Shown here: piece after piece, positions 1 through 11,285 of the stretch
Numbering within the stretch: the first letter of the stretch is position 1
Layout: every line of letters starts with the position of its first letter
Assembly: GCA_013115145.1 (NCBI GenBank)
Contig: JAAPAO010000220.1
Location: 1 to 51,473, forward strand
Length of the DNA: 51,473 bases
Direction: 5' to 3'
From: Perkinsus chesapeaki ATCC PRA-425
Lineage: Eukaryota; Protista; Perkinsozoa
Notes under the pieces: generated by a model
Seen by the model: only the letters and a program-made list of their open reading frames with translations
The model's database searches: none
What the model was told of the DNA's origin: nothing
Translations under genes and position numbers: made by a program

Positions 1-267
1 TCTACACACTCAATCATTATGCATGCACCCTTCAACGAGTTGCGTCAAGAGAATGAACGTGATATCTTAACAAAATCGATTAGACAATCGAGGAAGACGA
101 TAAATCAGTCGCAGAATCCTTTTTCTAATCTCTCAACATTTAGTATTGTGTCGTTAACATTGTAGAGCTGAGCTTAGGAAGCTGAGTTAAAGGATATTTC
201 ACCGCTTAGATATGACGGTGGTGTTTTGATAGTTGTAGATGTATTGGTTGTCCTTGCCCCTCATCAG

Positions 268-504
268 GTTGCCACTACCTTACGTTCACTTGGTGAGGTT
301 GAGCCTTCTATGACCATGCTTGTTGTATCTCATTATAAGCGAATGTTTGATGAGCTGCGCCCGAGTAGAGTGTTGGTGATGCAGGAGGGTATAGTGGTGC
401 ACCAAGGTGGGCCTGATCTTATTACAGAGGTTGATGAAGGTGGATTCAAGAGGGATTGGTTCAGGGCAAGTGATGAAGATGAGGATGATGATAGTATTAA
501 CTAG
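268..504 (+). CDS. sufC: Terminal exon of an Fe-S assembly ABC ATPase SufC-like protein (5' exons not identified in the window)
   Basis: After acceptor tcatcag (261-267) the frame reads VATTLRSL...MLVVSHYKRMFDELRPSRVLVMQEGIVVHQGGPDLITEVDEGGF, matching the SufC C-terminal pattern LIITHYQRLLDYIKPDxVHVLxDGRIVxSGGxELAxELExxGY. Ends with an acidic tail and TAG. Confidence 0.8.
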   Translation, partial: VATTLRSLGEVEPSMTMLVVSHYKRMFDELRPSRVLVMQEGIVVHQGGPDLITEVDEGGFKRDWFRASDEDEDDDSIN

Positions 505-789
505 GTTACCTCTTTCATAGTGAATATTTTCTCTCTTTATTATTTGTTTGGTTCGGCAAGGTATGGAAGGGCTGCTGTTAAAATGATCGTTGTTGTAGTG
601 GTGTCCGCCTTATTCTCCCCAGCCCTACGGTGTTTCAGTCTATCAATGAGTCAAGAAAGGTCGCCGATCTTATCATGATTATATATTTAGTTGTGCATTT
701 ATTTCCCTCGAAGTGCACCAGATACTAGAGCTTACCTTTCAACTGGCCCACAAGGCAGTTCGCTGCGTACGCGTTGAGGGTTCGAAGAG

Positions 790-2400
790 ATGAAGGAACG
801 GGTCAGGTGTTTTCCACTGTGTTATCGAAAAGCTCGGTGTTTCCATGGCATCCATGGCACCTCAGCCATGGATTCTATGACGGTTTATTGCATCATAACA
901 CTTACCGACTTTCCGACCATTTTCCATAGCGGCTGGTGAATCCATCGTCACTGTGAAAAGGCTCCCACCTTCTAGGGTTCTCCTTTTACTATTTTATACC
1001 TCAACTATGTTGCCTAAACAACTGACTACGAAGGGTGCTAAAAGGCGTAAGATGGATATTCCTAAGAAGATAGGATTCAGAGGACGATGGTTCCATGGCA
1101 AGGAGCTGGATGATCCGGTCTTTAAGACACATAAAATACCGCATATACTGATACCAAGTGAGCAGCCACAGGAGTCAGAGGAGGGTGGCATCATTAGGAA
1201 GGCTTTGTAATGCGTATTGGATCACTCGCGTGCCTGTAAGGAGGTGGTATGGAATTTGAGTAGTTTAGGAACTTCAATTTTGATAGTTGAACTATTAGAA
1301 TTGAAGTGAACTATCATAGTTCTCTCTACAGATAACTACTCACATAATAGGAAAACGGGGCTGTTGTAAAAAGCCTCTGCCGACGTTATAATTGATTAAT
1401 TGAGCTACCCCTAGAACCGCATTTCTGTGGGTCATTCTGCGATATACGGTGAAGTACAGTATACATTCAGTATGGTGATCCAATAAAGTTACGTAGCCAT
1501 TGCATTGGAAGAAGCTAGAAGTGGAAGTGGTCTACTGGACTATTGTGGAAGGATGGACTTCACAAAAGCTAGCATTGTTACCTGTCTTAGAGACCATAAC
1601 GGATTGGCGTAATGGTGGTAGAGCACTGCTCTGTATAGCTATGGCACAGTTGGAGGATATTAAAATACGTACAAGGGGAGCTGCTATAAGATGGTAAAAA
1701 GTATAATAAAGGAATATAAAGCTGGCAAGTTCAGGCAACACGATCCTAAGAAAGGGTGCCAAGATGGACGATGCGGTAATGCCTGTTCACAGGACTATAA
1801 CAGGTGTATGTGCGCATGGCGGGTGGAGGGAACAAAGCATCAACACTTCTCTAGAATGGACGGGGTAAGACTACTCTTTTCATGTCCTCCCTCTGGCTTG
1901 AAGACCATGAAGTAGTGAGTGCATATTTATATAGCAATATTTGCAGTATAATGCACAGTATTTAGTACATAGTCCTTAAATAGTTTCTTGGCCTTCAATC
2001 CGCAGTGTCCAAGGTATCCACTGAAACCGTTTAGTAGGTGTTGATGAAATATAAAGGAGATGTCCCAGTGCACCACCTAGTACCTATTTGGGGTCCAATG
2101 AACGCTGTAGGGCTGAGGAATAGGACCAACAGTTTGCCTTACAGGTAGCTTGCTTTGGAGGTTTAGTAGATCTGGAGCTCTGACTCTCAGAGTTCTGCCG
2201 GATGGTTCGCTAATACCATGTCCGATTGATGCATCATTGGCACCTCATCCAGCATTTAATGAGTCGAGGACGTTTCGGTATGAAGAGTATTTTAAAGGTA
2301 AAGGTGTTAATGCCAAACAAGATGAGCATCCTAGAAGAGGGAAGAAGGAATGGACTGGGTGGGTTGTAATAGTGTGGACCAGAAACAACTTTTACAACGT
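790..2400 (+). CDS. Possible multi-exon hypothetical gene (structure and ends unresolved)
   Basis: Several coding-like + strand segments (953-1210, 1500-1915, 2050-2370) separated by GT-AG-like gaps; no recognisable family motif. Confidence 0.25.
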
Positions 2401-2503
2401 CGCATTTAGTGGTTTTTACAACGTCGCATTTAGTGGTTTTTACAACGTCGCATTTAGTGGTTTTTACAACGTCGCATTTAGTGGTTTTTACAACGTCGCA
2501 TTT
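2391..2503. repeat. 24-bp perfect tandem repeat (TTTACAACGTCGCATTTAGTGGTT) x4.7
   Basis: Identical copies start at 2391, 2415, 2439, 2463, with a partial copy at 2487; no spacers. Confidence 0.95.
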
Positions 2504-3223
2504 CGTGCCTCACGCCTAGACTGATAGGGTGGATTTGGGCTACGAGCTCAGATCGTGGTCGCTCAACTGCTACAAGTAGTAGCGTTTGGAGGACGACGGC
2601 CTGAGCTTGGGAGTAGGCGGAAGATAGTCAAAAGCATTGAGAAAGTGATACGACCACCATTAGGAATACCGGTTCAATACCAAGCGGATTACCTGAATCA
2701 ACCGGAAATATTCTTCACTTTCTTTGCAGTGATGAGTCGCCTCGTAGGGCGGAACTGATAGCGACTCGCTTTAAGCGAGTAGCTTTTATTGGTGAACTCG
2801 AATTGACAAACTGTCCTCGACGTAGGCAGACTTCGGGGTGTGGTACGGTCATTCCCGAGAGGCAAGGGTTCACCACGGCATGGATTGGAATCTACTACTG
2901 TCAAGCGCAACGAGACAGTATTGATTTGGACCCGTCCTCAGATTCGACAGTGATTCTGATGCAGAGCACGATCCAGTTAGAATGGCAGCTGAAGAGAGCG
3001 ATGCCGAGGATGAGCTGGTTTCGGATGGTAACCCGCTCCTATAGCAGGCCATCGGTGTCGCATTGCTCTTTTAGGCACTGATGGGCGGGACCGTGACCTT
3101 TATTTGACAATACATAACGTTTGATGATGATCATATTGCATGCAGTTGTCTTGTTTCTGTTATTGTGCTGGATATTGTCGTGCTGAATTCTCTGATCTTC
3201 TCTTTATAGTATTTTATTTTAAA

Positions 3224-5408
3224 ATGTTTCCGTCAGGCAACCGTGAGATAATAACACTTCAATTGGGGAGATGTGGCAATAATATGGCGCATGAATTTTG
3301 GAGGGATCTCTGTGAAGAACATCTTATAGAGTACAGAGATGGCTCTGGTAGACAAACCACCACTCAGTTAGCGCCGAATTGCTTGCATTCTCCGGACTCG
3401 TTACTACCATAGCCCACAGAACACCTCCGCCGCTTTAGTATTCAGGCGTGGTGCTGCTGCTGCTGCTGCTGCTTTGTGAAGTGTACCCTGCTGAGGGCCC
3501 TCCCGTAAGGTACTTATACTGGTGAAGGTGATGATGTCCGACGAGACCATATATCGGTATTTTTCAATGAAGGCACTAAAGATCGCTATGTATGATGATA
3601 CTATTGCTAGCCCTTCGCTCTTCTCCTCCTCTACATTGGCATCAGGTCCCTCGGACTGTATTAGTGGACTTAAACCTATCAGACCTCCATCAGGTCACAG
3701 CCAGCTCAGATGGTCTTGGATCACTCTATCGCCCAGAGGCCATTATTGCCAATGATGAAGTAGAGCGCTGCCCTGCGGAAGTTGAACTACACTTACTGTT
3801 CAATAGGGCTCTGGTAACTGCTATGCTCGAGCCTTCCATACGGAGGGGCCGGACTTGGCCGAACATGTCCTCGAGACGGTCCGGAAGGAAGTGAGCTGCC
3901 TCTGCTGTGGTAATTGGTACGATGCTCCCCTTGCAGGTGGAGAACTGTGACTGTCTACAGGGTGTCCAGTTTATTCAGTCATTATGTGGTGGTACTGGCA
4001 GCGGATTAGGAGGCCTTTGTATGAAGACGATATCCGAGTATCTCGATAGTGGGGTTGGTATGAAGTGTATCATGCAGAGCTTCGCCACCCTTCCTTCACC
4101 AGAGTAATTGCTCAACCGTCTTCTCATGGGTTCACGGCAAACAACACTATATCCTGTTTAGTGTTGGTGATAGAGTCTTGGAGTACTATAACTCGGCCCT
4201 GGGCGTGCAGGACCTTATGGATTACTGCCACCAGGTCGGCTGCCTACTACACGGTGGATAGCCACTTCCTCAGGCCTTCCTGTTCGACAATATGGCTCTG
4301 TCCTCTATCTGCCAGAAGACTCTGAATATGGAAGTGCCTAGATTCTCCAATATGAACAATATAGTGGCGTTGGCTATGAGCGGCATAACGGTACCTTCCA
4401 CCAGACTAGCAGCGATCACTTGGGCTACCTTAGAGCTCCCTCCGATTCTCCGGAACTCTAGACGCCGATCTGCGTAAGATGCACACCAATTTGGTTCCGT
4501 TCAAAAATGCCCATTTCCTCATGACCGGTAGAGCACTTTTCTACGTCACCGTGCTGATGGCTCTGTCCAGGTTTTGCACCGCTTACCGCTCTGTCCTCCA
4601 GTAAATACCGTAAGGTATCTATACTCGATCTGGCCCAACAAATGATGAGCAAAGATAACGTTACGCTGTCGTGTGACCCCCTCAACCCAGGTGGACCTGC
4701 CAAGGCATGTCTCCCATCAATCCGCGTCTCAGGTGATCCACGCAATGGCATTCCGCGGTCTCGGTTCCTGGCCTCGTTTGCGGCGTTCCGTGGGCAGTGC
4801 CCCTCTGGAGAGGTCGATGAGATATGCCATGCCCTACAGCGTGATGGTTCGAGGTCCGTTAGCCTAGCTCAACCTAGCTCGGCGTATCTTTTACAATAGA
4901 TGGGACAAATTCTTTCCTGATTGGATTCCTAATTCTATATCGGCATCCATCTGTACAGTGGGCCACTGTGAGGCCGGTGACTCGGCGACTATGGTATTTA
5001 ACAACACTTCCTTTTATGAAGTCATGGACAGGTTAGGAGCGTGTTGGGACAGCATGTACAAGGTGCGACACAACGAATCTTTGTGCGCTGGTTGTGATAG
5101 ATGATGTTGCAGGCCAAATCCCATTTGTATGTGTATCAGCAAGATGGTATGTCTACCGAGGATATGTTAGAGTCACGGAATGTTCTACAGTATATATCAG
5201 ATCAGTACTTGACGCTGCTGGCTGGGGCTACTAGCTATAGGGTCGCCACAGGTACCGGGAGTTCGCCTCGTATGAAGACAAGTTCTTCGAGGAACGAGGT
5301 GATAATGTCATCAACCAGCAAGCGGTCAAATCGGACGAGCACCAGCAAATCATGGAGGAGCTGGCCTCGCTCACCGAAGCCTATATCCGCACCGAAACAC
5401 GCGCATGA
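3224..5408 (+). CDS. Highly divergent beta-like tubulin, multi-exon
   Basis: Spliced reading: [26 protein letters not shown]...VPRTVLVDL...[53 protein letters not shown]...[72 protein letters not shown]...WIPNSI...[14 protein letters not shown]...IRTETRA*. Collinear with beta-tubulin, including the beta-type DLRK. Confidence 0.9.
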
Positions 5409-5486
5409 GATTTCTCCGTGTCTGGCAGTTTGCCTTGTGTTTTTTCATGTACGCAGAGCTTGTAGTGATTACTGTTGTGATTGATA

Positions 5487-5974
<488 letters not shown>

Positions 5975-6463
5975 GCAGAAGGCAGACGACTGTATGACTG
6001 GGATGATAATCGTTAAACACTTTTTCGTAGCGTTTACAATATCCCTCCGTGTCGCGTTACTATTGAAGTTAATCTCTGTGGTCTTAGTGATGACCGCAAC
6101 CTCGCAGTCAAATAGTGGCCGAACTTCCTCCCGGAACGGTGTGAGGCCCTTCGCGAACCTCCGAGATATCTGGATACTGCTTGCCACGTACTCGAAACAC
6201 TATGCACATTGGGTCTCGAACTCGGTAAGATACTAAGGCAAGACTTTGCTATGTGTACACGGTGTATACACTAATTCTCCTTGAACAACCAAACACTGAG
6301 TGTAATTGTTGAGAACAAGATGAATGTCTGTCTACTTGAGCTTTCACTATAACTCTTTTCCTAATCTGATATCATTTACCATAGAAGGGCAAGTACAGGT
6401 ATGGGAAGTATGGCATAGTTCCATCATGAGAAGGGAATGCCTGTGTCGAGTAACGAACATTCA

Positions 6464-6886
6464 CTATTGCACGTTCTGGGATTTTGTGAACTCACCGTAC
6501 CAAATATTTTTTACTGAGCGTATCTCAACAACCTGATCAGCATCAGGGTAGGAGGCGTACAGCCATTCATTGAAGTCTGCCAGTTGTGTCACCGTCATGC
6601 TACAATTAAGGACTTGTTCCTCCATATTAGTCCATCTGAAATCCGGGTAGAGGAACTTAATATAGGGCTCGGCTTCATCTTTGACGGAGCTGTAGGGAAC
6701 CTCGGTCGCACTGAACTGACATCCCAGCACGTTGATATCAAAATGGACAACATCGCTAGCTTCTGACGATGTGAATGTAAGCATGCCACTGACCCCGCCC
6801 TTCCCTTCTTTTTCATTGAAGACCGTTGTGGTATCACCATTGGAGGTGCAGAAGATAATGACCATTACAAGAAGGAGGGATGACAT
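6464..6886 (-). CDS. Small secreted protein family, member 1 (intronless, 140 aa)
   Basis: Hydrophobic N-terminus (MSSLLLVMVIIFCTSNG). Shares GxLxF, FDxxVLxC, EVPY, EEQVxxC and terminal WYG motifs with ORFs at 9422, 11286, 12700 and 15654. Confidence 0.85.
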   Translation of the reverse strand: MSSLLLVMVIIFCTSNGDTTTVFNEKEGKGGVSGMLTFTSSEASDVVHFDINVLGCQFSATEVPYSSVKDEAEPYIKFLYPDFRWTNMEEQVLNCSMTVTQLADFNEWLYASYPDADQVVEIRSVKNIWYGEFTKSQNVQ

Positions 6887-9421
6887 CGTTAGTGATTACT
6901 GTTTCGAACAACTACAACTACGCGAAAATGGAAGGTGTGGCTGAAGCCTTTGGGGAGCATCCCCGAAGGTATTTAGTAACTCGTTTAGTGACACATCCTC
7001 AGCTGAGTCACGTCACGCGAATCAATGAAGACTGCGGTCAAACGGACTCTCCATTTCAAATATCCTCGTCATTATGATCACTGTACACTCTAATGCAGAA
7101 TAACCATCCAATCCCTGACGGACTTTCCCTCCACCGAGCCATGCTCCGGTATCTAGGGGTAATCTACGGAATACTAAAACCATGGCTCAGACTCGTGACA
7201 TGACATCTCTGGTAGGAGAGTTTTATCCGATAACATGCCACTCAGCAATTCCACCAATGATATTTAGTATGACCACGTACTTCAATTCCGAACCTCATAT
7301 AAAATCGAACTCAGCAGCTCTATTAGAAGGCGAACTATGATAAGTTCTATTGCTTTCTGATTCAGGAATTCTCTCCGTTTGTGAGAATATGCGCTGAGCC
7401 GTTTATCCTGTCATCCAGCTGCATGCCCGTTAAGTGTTCAGTTCACCCCATTCACGTGATTTTCCGCAGCTCAGCAGACTCAGAATCCGAAGCTCTTCCG
7501 AGGCCACCAACGTGATGGCTCCTGATCGTGAGGATGTCACGGTGATACCACTGGCGACTTGGTAAATTTGGTGACCATGAAGTACCCTCATCATGCCTTC
7601 TGCCCTCAACCGTAAATAGTTCATGCACGCGCAGCGTTATCATTCTCGGGTGTACTTTAATACAACTGCAATGGGGGAACAAGTCAAAGAATGCGATAAT
7701 ACAAAGATTAAGGTACGTTGAGTCGTTCATAGTTCAACTCGAACTTTATTACCTCGTGGACTAGGTTGAACGAAACTGGAGGCACCTCCTGGGTCCGGAC
7801 GAAATTGAAAGTTCAAAGACGAAACTGAACGTCCCAAGCACGAACGAGATCTTTTTATTTCGGATTCGGACCTTCAACTTCGCTCGCCGCCACGAAATTG
7901 ATGTTCCCAAGGACGAACTAGATATTGAAAAGGTGTAGATGTATTGCGTCACAATGAGACTACTTACTTAATTTACTTAGAATAAGGCCAGATGATATTA
8001 CAGTCTGTGATGAATTGTAGTAAAAGCTCCCGTCGGCAGTCGTATGTACTTAAGTGCATCGGTTATATTCAATTATCTCATTCGAAATGTTCACGGTTGG
8101 CATTCAAGAACAGTTAATATACAGAACATGCCAGGTATTAATGTCAACGTTTTGCTCTGTGAATCATGGACGGTGAAATGTCGGGTTTGATTCGCAGGAT
8201 GGTTGACCATTTTCGATAGAGTGGACTTGAAGAAAAATGAATGCGTCGAAGACCAGGGACTGGGCACTTAAGATCAGTTGTTGACTACGCGTGCTCGTAG
8301 TTGATCGCATATCGATACACCCTCAGACCCGTTGAGCAATAAGGCTAACATCGTGGCTTCAAGCCACTGACTCACCAGGTTGGGTTAGGAGAGCTCTTTA
8401 CTATACTTTTCATCTTACTCTATAAGCTACCTCGCATAGTTCGTGTTCCCACTCTCTCGTGTACACATTTTGTAGTTGTGATGCCCTGTTAATTTATGCT
8501 GTCGATCAAGGCTGTGATGCGTTCGCGAGCCATGGACACTCATTTTGCTCGAGCCTTTATCACACGTCATCCAATAGGATTTCAGGGATTGGATCTACGA
8601 CTGTGATACCTCGCAGGGTGAATCAGCGAGATGTGCTCGACCATAAACTCTTAGTCTGAGTCGTTTATCCAGCTGACTTCCCTAAGGCCCGGGGGTTATC
8701 CGAAGTCATAATTTGGAAACATAGCGGAAACCATATACTTCACATAACAATTTGTCATAGCGACCGATCGATATGCAGATGCCTCGAATACCATATTTGT
8801 ACTTTAATCACTAAATACGGTTTCGAACACTGTACGACGTACAGTTTACCACAAGCGTTTTAACTCTGTTACGACAGCATAGTGACAATAACAGTTTAGG
8901 TACTGAGCTCTCGCTCTGAAGCTGCACATAGAATGGATAGTCTAACTAAGCCAATTTCGGCGTTGGACTATAAACTCACACACACGACAGCACAATACGG
9001 AACTGTAAGTTCGGCAAGTGACGCGCCTTTTTGTGACTGTCTTACCATTAAGCAGTCGGCTTTCCATGTTGTGTAGAACTTTTATAGTTGAAGAAGCAAT
9101 TCCTCTTGCCCTTCGTGTTTCCAGTAAGCCACTTTACCTAGTTTGCTGATTTGTTATATAATATATACATCAGTTAGTTGCAATATCTTGTTGATACAAA
9201 TCATAACTGGCGTACCGCAGATTTCATCTCGTTTGTATGCGTACGAGAGCTTAGTCCACCAGCAGCGAATGCTGAGTCTGGCCAAGTAAGCTCTTACAAC
9301 CGTGCCCATTCTCCCGTTCGGTTCAAGCTGACTTACGCTCTTGGATTGGATCTCAGTATATACATTCCTACGTCCTTCATCTACTGAGTGTTCCTTATCT
9401 GTAGTTGTTCGTTGACTCAAG

Positions 9422-9895
9422 ATGACTTTCCTTCTCGTTGCTACCATGGCTATCACGACTCTCGTCTGTAATGGTGGAACTGCCTCTCAAGGAGAGACAA
9501 CTTTCCTATGGGCTCGTAACGCGCCATTGAGTGGACCACCGGACGATCACCCGGTGAATATATTTGACTGTAAAATCGAAACGTCCAATGGTACTCTAAG
9601 CTTCAGCCAGGAGGTCCTTACCGTCACTGTTGACTTAACGGTACTGACGTGCCACATTAAGGTCAGCGAGGTTCCCTATAAGGTTCTTCCGTGGGAAGAG
9701 GGATTCGATTATCTTCTAGTGAACTATACCGGTACCACACTGGCGGAACAGGTGAAAAAGTGCCAACAACGTGAAAAGATCAGCCCCGGAGATTTCGACA
9801 CTATGATGTACTTTCAGACTTCTGGCAGTCTCGAAAGCATAGAGATATTGGTCCTCACTAGTTATTGGGGTGCTTCATGCAAAAAGCGTTATTGA
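9422..9895 (+). CDS. Small secreted protein family, member 2 (intronless, 157 aa)
   Basis: MTFLLVATMAITTLVCNG signal-like segment; FDC..NGTLSF..VDLTVLTC..VSEVPY..YLLVNYTGTTLAEQVKKC..YWGASCKKRY. Confidence 0.9.
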   Translation: MTFLLVATMAITTLVCNGGTASQGETTFLWARNAPLSGPPDDHPVNIFDCKIETSNGTLSFSQEVLTVTVDLTVLTCHIKVSEVPYKVLPWEEGFDYLLVNYTGTTLAEQVKKCQQREKISPGDFDTMMYFQTSGSLESIEILVLTSYWGASCKKRY

Positions 9896-10494
9896 TACTA
9901 TCAGCTATCGAGAGAAGTTATATCGTCTTCACTCGAGCCCTATTTAGCAAAGTCCGAGTCTATTTTTCCCCACTTTTCTCCTTTGCTCTTTTTATAACCG
10001 GTAACTTTGTCGCGTGGCGACACCGGGCGATAATCTCATGTTGCCCTCTCTTTGCCGTGCTAAAGTCGTCATCCCCTGACGAGTAAAAGCGTCTACGTAC
10101 CAGATAGCTCGGCTGAATTGGCCACCACGGTGCGGGTGTTCACTCCTAGCAAAAATCCCTATGATGAAGTTTTCGTCCTTTCAAAGGACTCCCTTGTAGC
10201 ACCATCAAGGTTATATTCAATTGCCGGCAAAGTATTAATCGTTTTAACAAAGCAATTGCTGACTTTCGTCTGTCAATGTTCGAGTGTATAGAAACTTTGG
10301 CAACAGAGAACTGAGACTAGTCGCCGCATGCATCCGGTAGACTGGATCGTTTCAAGCGAAGTGGTATTGGACTTGAGGCAGGGTGGTTAAGTGAACAAAT
10401 GATCGGTACATTAGAGTTACGGTAACATTGGCGACAGAAACAGTGATTAATCAAGCGATTAATCATTGTGATAAGTGATTAATCGTGTCAATAT

Positions 10495-10557
10495 CTATAA
10501 TTTCGATACTTCATCGTCATTGCGTCTGAATTCATTAACAAGCGTGGATCGCTCCAA
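10495..10557 (-). pseudogene. Duplicated last 21 codons of the DEAD-box helicase gene (source 16944-17006)
   Basis: 57/63 nt identical to 16944-17006; reads LERSTLVNEFRRNDDEVSKL* versus LKQSTLVNEFRRNDDEVLKL*. Confidence 0.85.
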
Positions 10558-11285
10558 CCACGCTTGCTTTGGAAATTAAGCTTCGTTCCGTAAGTTCTTT
10601 TCTTGTACTTATTCGAGTACGCTACCTGATAGTGCTGGAAGTTGACGAAGTGACGCGCTTTCTCGTGACCATCGTGGCTTCAAGCCACTAATTTATCAAA
10701 TTGGGGTGGGATAGCGTTTTATTCGTCGACATGTATGGAATGTCAGACACGATGCCCTTCCTATAGCACGGGAATAGGCTGTCGGGAATTCAAATCTTTT
10801 CCCTAAAGCTCTTTTCTCTAACTAGTTTGAGCACACCACATTATAGTACTCGAAACTGGCCAAGTGACGCCCCTTTTCGTGACCATCGTGGGTTCAAGGC
10901 ACCGATTGGCCAGGTTGAGCCAGAATGACTCTTTACTCGGCTTTCTTCGTATTTCCTCTAGGCTACCTCACATCGTTTGTGTGCCTATTCTATCCTATAC
11001 ACATTTGGTAGTTATAGATCCCTCTTGCTGTTGTCGATCAAGGGTGGGATGCATTCGCAGCTGAGTGAGTATGCGTACATCAGCTAAAGTCCACAGCGAA
11101 TTCATTGAACCCCATATCTTAGTCTAATTGGGGAGCCGCTTATCCCTTCGCTTGCGGCACGGGCTGGTTTTTCACGTGATTCTTAGTTGAGCTGAAATCT
11201 AGCAATACTGGAGTAGCATTTTTCAAAGTCTATTCGCTCTTGAGTATTTCTTCTTAGGGCTTAATCCGGACAGTAATTACTCTCT

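Noticed and set aside
2391-2503. CRISPR-like array or cloning-vector (lacZ-alpha TTTTACAACGTCG) contamination
   Set aside because: The repeats are contiguous with no spacers and no cas genes. The vector match is only 13 nt and lacks flanking vector sequence.
2830-2900. Possible fourth tRNA-like element (GGATTGGAATC)
   Set aside because: Two mismatches to the B-box, no convincing A-box or terminator.
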